Assembly: GCF_006345805.1 (NCBI RefSeq)
Contig: NC_043014.1
Coordinates: 2,108,001-2,172,000 of the forward strand
Length of the DNA: 64,000 bases
DNA from: Octopus sinensis
Taxonomy: Eukaryota
Reading direction: 5' to 3'
The position numbers and the translations under genes were made by a program. Position 1 is the first letter of the stretch, and every line of letters starts with the position of its first letter. The notes beneath the pieces were generated by a model, which saw only the letters and a list, made by a program, of their open reading frames with translations, did not search any database and was not told the origin of the DNA. This document shows, one piece after another, positions 1 to 27,500 of this stretch.

Positions 1-605
1 GGCGGCGAGCTGGCAGAAGCGTTAGCACACTGGGCGAAATGCTTAGCAGTATTTCGTCTGTCTTTATGAACCGAGTTCAAATTCCACCGAGGTCGACTGT
101 GCCTTTCATCCTTTCGGGGTCGATAAATTAAGTACCAGTTACGCACTGGGTTCGATGTAATCGACTTAATCCGTTTGTCTATCCTTGTTTGTCCTCTCTG
201 TGTTTAGCCCCTTGTGGGCAGTAAAGAAATAAGTATTTCGTCTGCTGCTACGTTCTGAGTTCAAATTCCGCTGAGGTCGACTTTGCCTTTCATACTTTCG
301 GGGTCGATAAATTAAGTACCAGTTACGCACTGGGTTCGATGTAATCGACTTAATCCGTTTGTCTATCCTTGTTTGTCCTCTCTGTGTTTAGCCCCTTGTG
401 GGCAGTAAAGAAATAGGTATTTCGTCTGCTGCTACGTTCTGAGTTCAAATTCCGCTGAGGTCGACTTTGCCTTTCATACTTTCAGGGTTGATTAAATAAG
501 TACCAGTTACGCACTGGGGTCGATGTAATCGACTTAATACATTTGTCTGTCCTTGTTTGTCCTCTCTGCGTTTAGCCCCTTGTGGGTAATAAAGAAATAG
601 GTATT
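1..605 (+). mobile_element. tRNA-derived SINE (family M) with its ~186-bp body repeated three times in tandem
   Basis: tRNA-like head (ggcgagctggcagaagcgttagc ... gagttcaaattcc), followed by three copies of gcctttcatMctttcggggtcgataaa-ttaagtaccag...ttagccccttgtggg. Related copies lie at about 1505-1720, 14225-14345, 18290-18490, 19680-19870, 36655-36760(-), 46075-46270 and 48530-48641(-). Confidence 0.8.
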
Positions 606-857
606 CGCTCAAAGTACCGCCCATTGAAATCGAACTCTAGGCAAAGTTGTGCATGGCGAACGACTTACCCAATCAACTAATTTTGCACCTACCCGGGTAT
701 TCAGTTTCTAAATACATAAGCTATTTCTTGTTTATATTTTCGCTCAAGACAAACTACTCATGACTTAACGAAATACATCAATAAGATTCGAACCTCCAAA
801 TCTTCCGACAAACAACTTAACCCACTTCACTCTACCGATTGACCTCTATGTTTGCAG

Positions 858-15101
<14,244 letters not shown>

Positions 15102-15297
15102 AAGCTGTTCTCTAATTTTTTTTTCTCTGTTGTTTAAACTGTTAATTTCTCTATTAATCAATATGGTCGATTTTTAAAAGATAAACAATTTAAGGTCTAA
15201 GCAGGAGATATATAATTCAATGATTGAATCACTATAAAGATATAACAAATGTTAAAATTACTTGTGAAATATCTCTCAATTCAAAATTTAACGTCTC

Positions 15298-15303
15298 AAT
15301 AAA
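15298..15303 (+). promoter_or_regulatory. candidate polyadenylation signal of gene A
   Basis: AATAAA about 200 bp after the stop codon; the surrounding sequence is AT-rich, so the evidence is weak. Confidence 0.3.
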
Positions 15304-15377
15304 GATTTTCAATTTTATACCATAATAAGCTGTTACGTAAAATCTTTTGTGATATAATAATATCTTTTTGTATTTTT

Positions 15378-15682
15378 TCTCTATATATAAAACTCTAGTT
15401 GTGTGAGAGTCTGTCTACTCCGATTTAGATTCCTAACTACTCCCACATTTTGTGGTGCAGTTTAATCAAAACCGGGTATCTTATAGTCGTGATTCATATC
15501 GAGCCCTTCTGGGTAATAGCACGCGTCTACGATGAGTTTACGATTTAAAAAAAAGTTTACCATCAATTTTCCGCATTTTTAATGCATTTTTTGCTCGGTT
15601 TATATAAGGGAAGTAACTCTCTAAAAATGCTTATATAGTTATTTCCCTTACAAACCCGAGCAACGCCGTGCGATACTGCTAG
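15378..15682 (+). mobile_element. non-autonomous Helitron
   Basis: 5' TC(tc)tatatataaaa; 3' GC-rich subterminal hairpin region cccgagcaacgccgtgcg then atactgCTAG|t; no target-site duplication; second copy at 46289-46681. Confidence 0.8.
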
Positions 15683-16395
15683 TATATGTATATAATAAAA
15701 AGTCTTACCTCCTATGTTTTATTCAAATGTATATATGTATAAAAATTTAGCGCACCATCAAGGCGTTCATATTATTTTCCTTGTATGTATGTCTGTATGA
15801 ATGTCATGGCTATGGCATTAAACTATAGATCGGGAGTTCTGGGGAGATTTGAGTCATCCTTAAATACCATTATTCACTGGTCTGTTCTGAATCTGGACGG
15901 TAATATCTGTCTGGGTCCTATGTACGAATTAAATAGAGTGGTAGAGGAGAAGCTTAATATTGAAGCTTAATGAAGAGTCCCTTTTGAATGAGTACAACAA
16001 ATAACGTCTTTTAAAAACGGAAAATCGATACGAATTTAACCACATCGGTATAAAATAATCTACATAGAAAAATACAAACAGAATATTAAAATCAATGCTT
16101 ATATTTTTTGTAAGTGTTGAAAAAATACCGTCAAAGGTATGATGTCAAAAATGCGACACGATTTTCTTTGCGAACTAATACTATATTTACATACATATGT
16201 ATATATGTATATATATTTCTTTACTACCCACAAGGGGCTATGTATATATGTATATATACATATATATAAACACGCGAATAAATACACACCTATAGTATAT
16301 TGTTTATAGCCATTCGACAAGAGCTTCACAACAACTACATATAAACGAAATCATATTAAAAAACGAAACACGAACAACAATTTATAAAATATAAT

Positions 16396-16517
16396 TTATT
16401 TGTCAGAAAACTTATTACGTAAAGCTATTACCAAAATAAGCACTGCTCCAATTAAAGTAGAAGCACCAGCTCCGAAGAAGACAATCAGGAACGATCCAGT
16501 GACGTCGTAAACCAGTC
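16396..16517 (-). CDS. gene B terminal coding exon 8
   Basis: cctttcag|GACTGGTTTACGACGTC...; LVYDVTGSFLIVFFGAG...NKFSDK*. Confidence 0.86.
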
Positions 16518-18624
16518 CTGAAAGGATAAAGGAGTTTCACTAAAAACATGGAAATTTTCGCATCATTATAATTTCCGAACATTGATCTAAGCTATTGACT
16601 GTCTTGCTAACACCTTGCACACGCAAGTGCTACCAGTCGAGAACTCCGCACACCGGAAGCCGACAAGTGTATGGAGTCATCAGGAGAGAATGCGCGCCGT
16701 TTCGGGGCCTACCTCTCAACGGCATCACTGCGCACCGGCCCCCTCACTGATATGAGGCCCCGTTTGCTAGATCAACTGGTTATCAAATAAAGCTCAATAT
16801 TCCTCTAGCCATCGCTCATCGTCTCTTTTTAACCAAATCCAGTGGCCAGCCTATGCCACTGTAGTTTGGATATCGGTCATGGTGGTATTGACTTTACGAT
16901 AACAACAGTCGTCTCACACTGTGTCCAACAAGCCCTCAACATTCGACTTCGATTGGAAAATGCTCCGCTTTCCAGCCTGCGTCTTCATATTCCTCTATGC
17001 TGTTGAAATATACTTTGTGCATTTGATAATAAAATATATTAAACAGTGGTTAGGGCAGCGGACTCGCGGTCATAGGATCGCGGTTTCGATTCCCGGACCG
17101 GGCGTTGTGAGTGTTTATTGAGCGAAAACACCTAAAAGCTCCACGAGGCTCCGGCAGGGGATGGTGGTGATCCCTGCTGTACTCTTTCACCACAACTTTC
17201 TCTCACTCTTACTTCCTGTTTCTGTTGTACCTGTATTTCAAAGAGCCGGCCTTGTCACTCTCTGTGTCACGCTGAATATCCCCGAGAACTACGTTAAGGG
17301 TACACGTGTCTGTGGAGTGCTCAGCCACTTACACGTTAATTTCACGAACAGGCTGTTCCGTTGATTCGGATCAACCGGAACCCTCGTCGTCGTAACCGAC
17401 GGAGTGCTTCCATTCCATATTAAACACGACTCAAGAATATACCTACTTTATTGTGGGTAGATTGAAATATCGAATTCCAGTTATAAAGATTTAAGGTGAG
17501 GCTTTTTAAGTTCACAAGCTTTAGGAATTAAAGTTTGAATCATTTATTACGAGTGACAAAATTTCTGTCGTCCAGTAGAACTGTGTCAGTCAGTTGAAAT
17601 TTTGCTAAAATGACTGAAAGTATAACGATTTCTCTCTATATGGTAATGGTAGCTAGACATGCTTAGATATATTTCTTTTATAGTTTTTACCCCAACCACG
17701 ACTGTGTGCTAAAGAAGATAGCTTTCTAACCACGTAATTTCAGGCTCGGTCCCAAAGCGTGGTACCTTGTGCAACTGTCTTCTGCTATAGCCTTTCATCG
17801 CACTTCGCAGAAACTCTGGAATCCCGTTGTGCGTACATACATACATACATACATACATACATACATGCATGCATGCATGCATGCATACATACATGTATGT
17901 TTGTGTGTATGTATTTCTGATCTTGATCCAAAATTTGAAACCATTATTTTGTAAATGGAAAAAAAGCAGAGTGATAGGAGAGGAAAAGGCACACAAAAGC
18001 TGTATATTAATTTGGTTATTATTATTAATTTAGAGGAATATTTTGAAGAATAACTTCGATATACTTACCAAAAAGTGGAGGGGTAAATAGACCCGCAATT
18101 CCACTGGTGACACTTACAAAGCTGTATGCCTTTGTCGAATGTTGTATGCCGACGGATTCAGTGGTCAGCACCAGTCTGAGTGAAACAATGAACCCTGAGT
18201 GAAACAATAAACAAAGAATAGAACAACTAACCATTATATGGCTAAAGCATAAAATTAATGGAATCATAAAAGAGTCTGATAGAATGATGGTTGCGAGCTG
18301 GAAGAATTATTGGTGCGTCGGACAAAATGCTTAGCCATATTTCTTCTGGTTTTATATTCTGAATTCAGACGCTGCAGAGGTCGCTTCTGCATTTCATCCT
18401 CTGAGGGACGATGAAATAAGCACATGCCGAAAACTGGGGCCGATGCTATCGACTTAACGCTTCTCCTAAAATTCCTATTTTTTTTGCCACAATTTGAAAT
18501 CCTTAAAAATGGTGACAATGTTGTGTTGTGTCTTTATTACAGTTCCGAACAAATCAATGCTTTGTGAGTGAATTTAGTAGACAGAAACTGCGTGGAAACT
18601 CATTACATATGACATACCATATAT

Positions 18625-18673
<49 letters not shown>

Positions 18674-19097
18674 ATATAATATATATATATATACTCTTTT
18701 ACTTGTTTCAGTCATTTGACTGCGGCCATGCTGGAGCACCGCCTTTAATCGAGCAACTCGACCCCGGCACTTATTCTTTGTAAGCCCAGTACTTATTCTA
18801 GCGGTCTGTTTTGCCGAACCGCTAAGTGACGGGGACATAAATACACCAGCATCGGTTGTCAAGCAATGCTAGGGGGACAAACACGGACACACAAACACAC
18901 ACACATATATATATACATATATACGACGGGCTTCTTTCAGTTTCCGTCTACCAAATCCACTCACAAGGCTTTGGTCGGCCCGAGGCTATAGTAGAAGACA
19001 CTTGCCCAAGGTACCATGCAGTGGGACTGAACCCGGAACCATGTGGTTGGTAAACAAGCTACTTACCACACAGCCACTCCTGCGCCTATATATATAT

Positions 19098-19160
<63 letters not shown>

Positions 19161-21632
19161 TATATATTATATATATATCTATATATATATATATATATAT
19201 ATATACATACATACACACAATGGACATAAAAAATACAAAGAAAACATTCAGATTAAGCAAACTTCTATCAACACAATTCTGCGGATTTGTTTAAGAAAAA
19301 GCTCGTCCGAAATTTAAACATATATTAATATATTGAACATAGTTTCGTAAAAAAAAGCTCGCCATCTTAATCTGTTTATAAATTCAGTGATTTTATGTAG
19401 AAGGGATTCCATATAAGTGTCCCTAGAAGGTATAGGGATGTTCTTAGTAGAAATACCTAAAAATTCTTTTTCCGTTAGTGCATTCTATAAGATAGAGCAA
19501 AAGTATATTTTTTTTACGAAATATTTAGATTGCTTAGAAGTGGTCAAGTCAAACATGAGACGAACAGGAATAAAAATCTAAAAGGAAACGTTAAGATTAG
19601 GCAAACCACCATCAACACACACTTCTTACTGCCATTGTCTTTTTCCACACTACTCAGTGATTAATATTCCTCTTAAATAAGGCAACCAGGTGGCAGAATC
19701 GTTAGCACACAACAATCTGTTTTGCGTTCTGAGTTTAAATTCTGTCAAGGTCAACTTCTTTGCCTTTCATCCTTTCAGAGACAATAAAATAAATATCAGC
19801 TGAGTACTGGGATTGATTTAATTGAAATAGCCCCTCCTCTCAAACTGATAGTGTAGAGCCAAAATTTGAAACCGGTATTTCTCTTAAACAGATTTGACTA
19901 ATAATTCAGAAATATTAAATTTCTAAATATCTCATAGAGATATGTACAGTGGTGGGGCGATAGAATGGTTGTATACTGTCAATTTAATGTGACGGTATGG
20001 GATTACACCACCGCTGTTTAGCCCTAGGAAGCATCGACGCTTCCTGATGGCTTCGACACATTTTTAAAGACACAGGAAAAATGTGTCGAAGCCATCAGGA
20101 AGCGTCGATGCTTCCTAGGGCTAAACAGTGGTGGTGTAACCCCCTACTGTCACGTTAAATTGACAGTATACAACCATTAATAATTCGTCCAAAATTAAAA
20201 CATCAATATATCGAACATTGAATCTTATTTATTATAATTTATTGAAATACGTTCATTAATTTCATGATATTGATAAGGTTATAAACTCACCGTGTGCTAC
20301 ACTGTAGATGCAGACGACGGGGGCGATGTACTGGAAGCTGTAACAGTATGGCATCATTATGATGGTAATAGCGAATATTAGCATAGAGAAGATGTATAAG
20401 TTGTTGCTCCTAAGATGAAGCAAATCAACAAGCATACCAACGAAGATATTACCAACCGTTGTAAATATTCCAAGAAGTGACATCAAAATGGCGGACCTCT
20501 GTTGGCTTATTCCAAACGACCAAACAGCGAGAGGGGCAATATACATTATCGTGATTGCACCTACTGTGATAAAATAACGAAAGAGAAAAGATAAAGATAG
20601 CGAGCAACACAGAAATGATACAGAGAAAGAGGCAGCTGGATAGATAAAAAGATTATAAGAAAGGAGGAGGCGAAATGGCCCAGTGGTTAGGGCAGCGGAC
20701 TCGCGGTCGTAGGATCGCGGTTTCGATTATTCCCAGACCGGGCGTTGTGAGTGTTTATTGAGCGAAAACACCTAAAGCTCCACGAGGCTCCGGCAGGGGT
20801 TGGTGGTGATCCCTGCTGTACTCTTTCACCACAACTTTCTCTCACTCTTACTTCCTGTTTCTGTTGTACCTGTATTTCAAGGGGCCGGCCTTGTCACTCT
20901 CTGTGTCACGCTGAATATCCCCGAGAACTACGCTAAGGGTACAGGTGTCTGTGGAGTGCTCAGCCACTTGCACGTTAATTTCACGAGCAGGCTGTTCCGT
21001 TGATCGGATCAACCGGAACCCTCGTCGTCGTAACCGACGGAGTCCTTCCCCCATAAAAAAGGAGATCAATAAATCTAGAATGAGTTTCATTAAACGTCTT
21101 TAGTCTTTGCATATTTTGTTGTATTTATGTTAATGTTGCCAAAGTGAGATTATATTTTATTGGCGAAGGAAACGGATGAGCGGCAACATGGTGGTAGACT
21201 TTCATGCAACACTTTCAAAATTACAGAAATTTAAACATAAAGTATGAAACGAGAGCAACCAGCGTCCACACGTTGATGGAATGACATCATCAGTTTTTAA
21301 GGTACAATTTTATAACAGGCGAAGAGAAAAATTATCATCATTATTATTATTATCATCATCATCATCATCATCATCATCATTATTATTATTATTATTATTA
21401 TTTATTTTTTTTCTTCTTTCAAATTTGCTTCCATTTCTTGCCGAGTGTCTTCCCGACTCCTAGGGCAAAGAAACTCATAGTATACATTGGTAGGCCATTA
21501 AACTAAACTCAATAGTTCGTTCATTTTTTTAAAAATTAAAATACATTTTTGTTAAATTAAAATACATGGGTAGTAATAGTTCTCACATCGACAATGCTCT
21601 TCTCAATACGTGTGATGTACCAGTTAAGACAA

Positions 21633-21711
<79 letters not shown>

Positions 21712-22153
21712 GTTGTTATTATTATTATACTTACTCTGAAAGAAAACATAGGATATCATCACTAAGACGAAGTTGATATTTTTCAAAAGTCCAAAACCAA
21801 TTATATTTGAACAACGTTTCGTCAGCGATCTTCTGCCAACTTCCTGCTCCTGAATAATGGACTCGTCTTTCACTTCGTTTCTCTCTGACGCTGATAGATT
21901 CTCCTAAAATCAATAAACAGAGACAACAATTCAGCTAAACATTCATCTGTTAGCTTTTTGCTTGTTTCAGACTGCTGCCATGCTGGGACATCACCTGGAA
22001 GAATTTTAGACTCTAATGCTAATTTCTTTATAAAGTCAAGTTATTATTACATTGAACAATTTTGTCGAACTGCTAAGTTGCGGGTTCAGTAACAAACCAA
22101 CACCGGTTGTCAAACGGTGGTGGAAGACAAAGACAGACACACTCATATACGAG

Positions 22154-22195
<42 letters not shown>

Positions 22196-22211
22196 TGGTG
22201 TGTGTGTGTTG

Positions 22212-22246
<35 letters not shown>

Positions 22247-22255
22247 GTGTGTGTC

Positions 22256-22286
<31 letters not shown>

Positions 22287-22931
22287 ATGTATGTATGTAT
22301 GTATGTATATAGTTCAAATTTATGGAAAAACAATCGACGAAGACAAGTGTATGAGCAATAAACAGGTGTATTAGTCTGACGCTCGGGAAAATGAAAAAAG
22401 TCTTTGACGTTTCGGCCTACGCTCTTCAGACGAAAGGAATGAGAGAAAATAAACAGGGAGAGAACGAAAAACTGGTAGTTTTCAGCATTCCAGCATGTTG
22501 AATGTTCTTCGCTCTTTCCGGGGCGTTGAATATGCTTCTTTGTCGCTTCCATTATAGCTTTGAAAAAATAACTGTTAACATCGAACTGCACTCTTCAAAA
22601 TTTGCACTACGAATAAGTACTAGGTAAAATTACTACCTGCTTTTATAGCAAGTTGAGGCAGATATTTCACCCCGTCCCCCTCCAACCTTTAGTTCATGAA
22701 ATTGAAAAAAACCGCATTATTTATGGGATGGCACAGTACATAGACGCAAAGGTGGCCGTGTGGGAAAAAGTTTGCTTCTGAACCTCACAGTTCCGGGTTC
22801 TATCACAGTGCCTGACTCCATGGAAAATTTTCTTCTATGATTACTTCTGTCTGACCAAACATCAGGAGTGGATGATTTGATAGACAGAAATTGAAGAGAA
22901 GCCAAGCCCGTTGGGCATTGTTTTTGTGTGT

Positions 22932-22996
<65 letters not shown>

Positions 22997-24491
22997 TCGA
23001 CAACCGGAGCTGATTTACTTACGTTACCATAATTTAGCGGTTCGGTATAAGAGACCGACAGAATAGGTTTGATAAAAATAAGCAGTTAGGTCGATTATTT
23101 GTAGACAAAATATTTCAAGGCCGTGCTCCAGGTTGGCCGCAGTGGGGCGGCTGAAATAAGGATCAGATAGAAGAAAAAAATGTAAATAATATTGTCTAAC
23201 CGTAATGTGTCTTTCGTCTGAGCTAACAAATGCCTTGTTGACCATTTGGTTTTGTTTCATAATTTCCGTTGAGTCCGATTCTTGGTTTTCTATCACAGAA
23301 AATCGGTTCGTTCCGTCTGGTGAGGCTGAAGCAGAAGTTTACAACATTTTTCATACAGTCTGACCTGTTTGTTACTTTGCACATATTATAATTTCTAACT
23401 TTAATTCACAATAACACACACACTCATACACACACATGGTGGAAGCACTCCGTCGGTTACGATGACGAGGGTTCCGGTTGATCCGAATCAACGGAACAGC
23501 CTGCTCGTGAAATTAACGTGTAAGTGGCTGAGCACTCCACAGACACGTGCACCCTTAACGTAGTTCTCGGGGAGATTCAGCGCGACACAGAGAGTGACAA
23601 GGCTGGCCCTTTGAAATACAGGTACAACAGAAACAGGAAGTAAGAGTGAGAGAAAGTTGTGGCGAAGAGTACAGCAGGGATCACACCATCCCCTACCGGA
23701 GCCTCGTGGAGCTTTAGGTGTTTTCGCTCAATAAACACTCACAACGCCCGGTCTGGGAATCGAAACCGCGATCCTATGACCGCAAATCCGCTGCCCTAAC
23801 CACTGAGCCATTGCGCCTCCACACACACATACACATATAAGTACGTATGTATGTATATACATGTACACACACATATATAAGTCTGTATGTACATACATAC
23901 ATACATGCATACATTCATACATACATACATACATACATACATACATACATACATACATACATACATACATACATGCATACATACATACATACATACATAC
24001 ACACACATATGAATGTATATGTGTATGTGTGTGTGTGTGTGTGTATGTAGCCTGTTTTGGGATCTCATCACAGACTGATGAGAGTCGCTGCTGTTACCAC
24101 GTAAACTAATACTACCCGTTTCATGGTTGAGTGGTGAGCGACTAAACTGGATTCCACACTTGAGTCATAGGAATAAATCGAATAACAAGGGAATTGGGAT
24201 GAATTAATCAATTTCATTCGGTTACAACCGTTTCCGCTGTAGAAGCAGTGCATTCAGAGCTGAATGCTGGTACATCAGATTTATAGTTTCTTAGGAACCT
24301 TTAAAATGAAGCTTATGTTTATTTCGGAATGCTTGTAAATATACGGAAAGGGTTACCTTCGAAACAATAAATATACATAAATAATGGAAAACGATATGCA
24401 TACATACATAATAACATGTATCCATGCATCATCCATACACATATATGCATGTATGTGTATGTGTGTGTATAATATATATATATTATATATA

Positions 24492-24529
<38 letters not shown>

Positions 24530-27500
24530 AAAGGATGTGTTATAATACTATTCCACATATACAAAAACAGCCATACCAACAAACCAACTTACCACCATCA
24601 TCAGCTGCCCCACAGATATCATTATGGTTTCGACACCTGGGCAGTACCATTCAATCCGGCGGTGTCAACAGCACTAAAATAAATGTTGTTCTGGAACAAA
24701 TATACCAAATAAACCACAACTTTCAAACACATTTACCCAATGTACAACTGTATCGGTAAAAAAATTCAATAAGTAAATCCATCACCAACTCCTAAATATG
24801 TAACTAAACAGCGACCAAACCTTTGAATCATACAAAAAATATTTCCTACAGTCTTCCATAGTATAATATAAAAGTGAGAGCTTAACAACCACATTCATTC
24901 AATCTAAATACAAGCAAGATTAAACACCGACTTTAAAATTGAACTACAACAAAGAAACACATAAATCTATGTACATCTGTATCGGTATTAATAGTAAACC
25001 TACAATAACTAAATTATATACTAAATAGCGACCAGTCTTTAAGTCCATACAAATAAATTATCCCACCAGTTTTCCATAGCTACTGCTATGATAAAAAAAG
25101 TGAAAGATTTATATTCAATTCTTTCCAAAACAAAACACGATTGAATTGAATTTAGCGAATAATATAATATGATAGCAATAATAAATCTCTGAACGAGATG
25201 TAAACAGTAACTGCTCGACAACGTAAAGTATACTAGCCATCTCAATATGGCTAACCACTAAGGGTGGGTGTTACTGTAGCTTTTCGCCCCAGGAGATCAT
25301 CGTCTCCAGCTGGCTTTAGGCACACTTTCTGTGCCCTTATTGTATTTACAAAGGGAGGTCATCCCTCTCTCGTCAACCTAAGTGATACGCATGGACTGCA
25401 GTTTCGAGGTATTTGCCTCTTGTCAACGTACGGTAATCACCGGTTTTCGATGAGGGGAGACCTGTTTGCAAATATCTATATAATGTTTTTCCCAGTAACT
25501 TTCCCAGTAACTTCTCCCAGTAACGAGAGAGGGATGACCTCCCTTTGCAAATACCATAAGGGCACAGAAAGTGTGTCTAAAGCCAGCTGGAGACGATGAT
25601 CTCCTGGGGCTAAAAGCTACAGTAACACCCACTCTTAGTGGTTAGCCATATTGAGATGGCTAGTATACTTTACGCTGTCGAGCAGTTACTGTTTACATCT
25701 CGTTAAGTATACTTTACGTTATAATATGGTAATTATGGGTGAAATACATTATTTCATGATTAAAAAATTAATTATAAAAACACTACATACTCATTAATAT
25801 ATATTAATCTTACAAGCTTTAATGTAAAATTACCATATTATTAAACATAAACTTACCTTTGGGTTCTTTCTGCTCAACATTTTTGTAAACATATTGCAGG
25901 GGTCGGCAAAGCGATCCAAAAACAACAATATTCAAAAGCGCCCCTGAAATAAGAAGCAAGGCTCCTCTCGGTCCATAAAACTCTATGAGGTACTCAAGTA
26001 ACATGTTACCCACTAGTATCCCCATTCCACCACCACAGTTCGATATTCCTATTGCCAAAGCACGCTTCTTTTCGAAATAGAATCCTGCAATGATTTGTCC
26101 TGTGAAAAATGATATTCCAAGTGACACACCTGAAAAAAAACAAAAAAAAAACGCTAAAATAATTCCCAATAATACATCATGTCACTTGCAGAGAATCAAA
26201 ACTTTATTTCTCTGAATTATAGGTTATGACATCAAATGCTAAATTATTTATCTCTTGGAAATGTTTCATAAAGTCTTTTGTTATAACTGTATCTGGTTGA
26301 TGAGCTTTGAATTCAGCTGGAATTGTGTAAAACCACGCAATCCTCTGCGCAAAGATACCTGCCCTATTATTTCTTTACTGCCCACAAGAGGTTAAACACA
26401 GAAGGGACAAACAAGGACAGACAAACGGATTAAGTCAATTATATCGACCCCAGTACGTAACTGGTACTTAACGTATCGACCCCGAAAGGATGAAAGGCAA
26501 AGTCGACCTCGGCGGAATTTGAACTCAGAACGTAGCGGCAGACGAAATACCTATTTCTTTACTACCCACAAGGGGCTAAACATAGAGAGGACAAACAAGG
26601 ACAGACAAACGGATAAAGCAATTATATCAACCCCAGTGCGTAACTGGTACTTAATTTATCGACCCCGAAAGGATGAAAGGCAAAGTCGACCTCGGCTTAA
26701 TTTGAACTCAGAACGTAACGGCAGACGTAATACGGCTACGCATTTCGCCCGGTGTGCTAACGATTCTGCCAGCTCGCCGCCTACTCTCTGGTATATCAAG
26801 TTGGCGAAAGTATTATTGCATACAAGCATGGGTGTATGGTAAGAAACTTGCTTCCCAACCAGATGGTTCTGGTTTCAGTCCCACTGCATGGCATCTGGGG
26901 CAAGTATCTTCTACTATAGCCTCGGGCCGACCAAAGCCTTGTGAGTGGATTTGGTAGACGGAAACTGAAAGAAGCCCGTCGTATATGTGTGTGTGTGTGC
27001 GTGTGTGTCCACCATTGCTTGACAACCATGTTGGTGTGTTTACGTGCCGTAACTTAGCGGTTCGACACAAAGAACCGTTAGAATAAGTAGTAGACTTACA
27101 AATAATAAGTCCTGAGGTCGATTTGTTCGGCTAAAGGCGGTGCTCCAGCATGGCCGCAGTCAAAATGACTGAAACAAGTAAATGAATAAGAGAATATTAA
27201 TTATCCTCGGCAGCGAATAAGGATGTGTTTGAGATCCATCTAAGACATTTAAGCAAGAGATCGATGCCAATAATCCGTGGAATTCTTCACACATCCAACC
27301 TATATCACCCAATACATCCCAAGAACTTTACCTGCAGCTGTATACAATAGTATAGCAATGTGTATGTAAGGGGTGTATGTATATAAGTATGAGGGTTTGG
27401 TGATGTATGAATAGTGGAACCAAGGCCGAGATGGCTGGTGATGTAAGTGGTATTGAGGGGAACAAATGTATACGGTGTATGTTGGTTTGGAATGCAGGTT

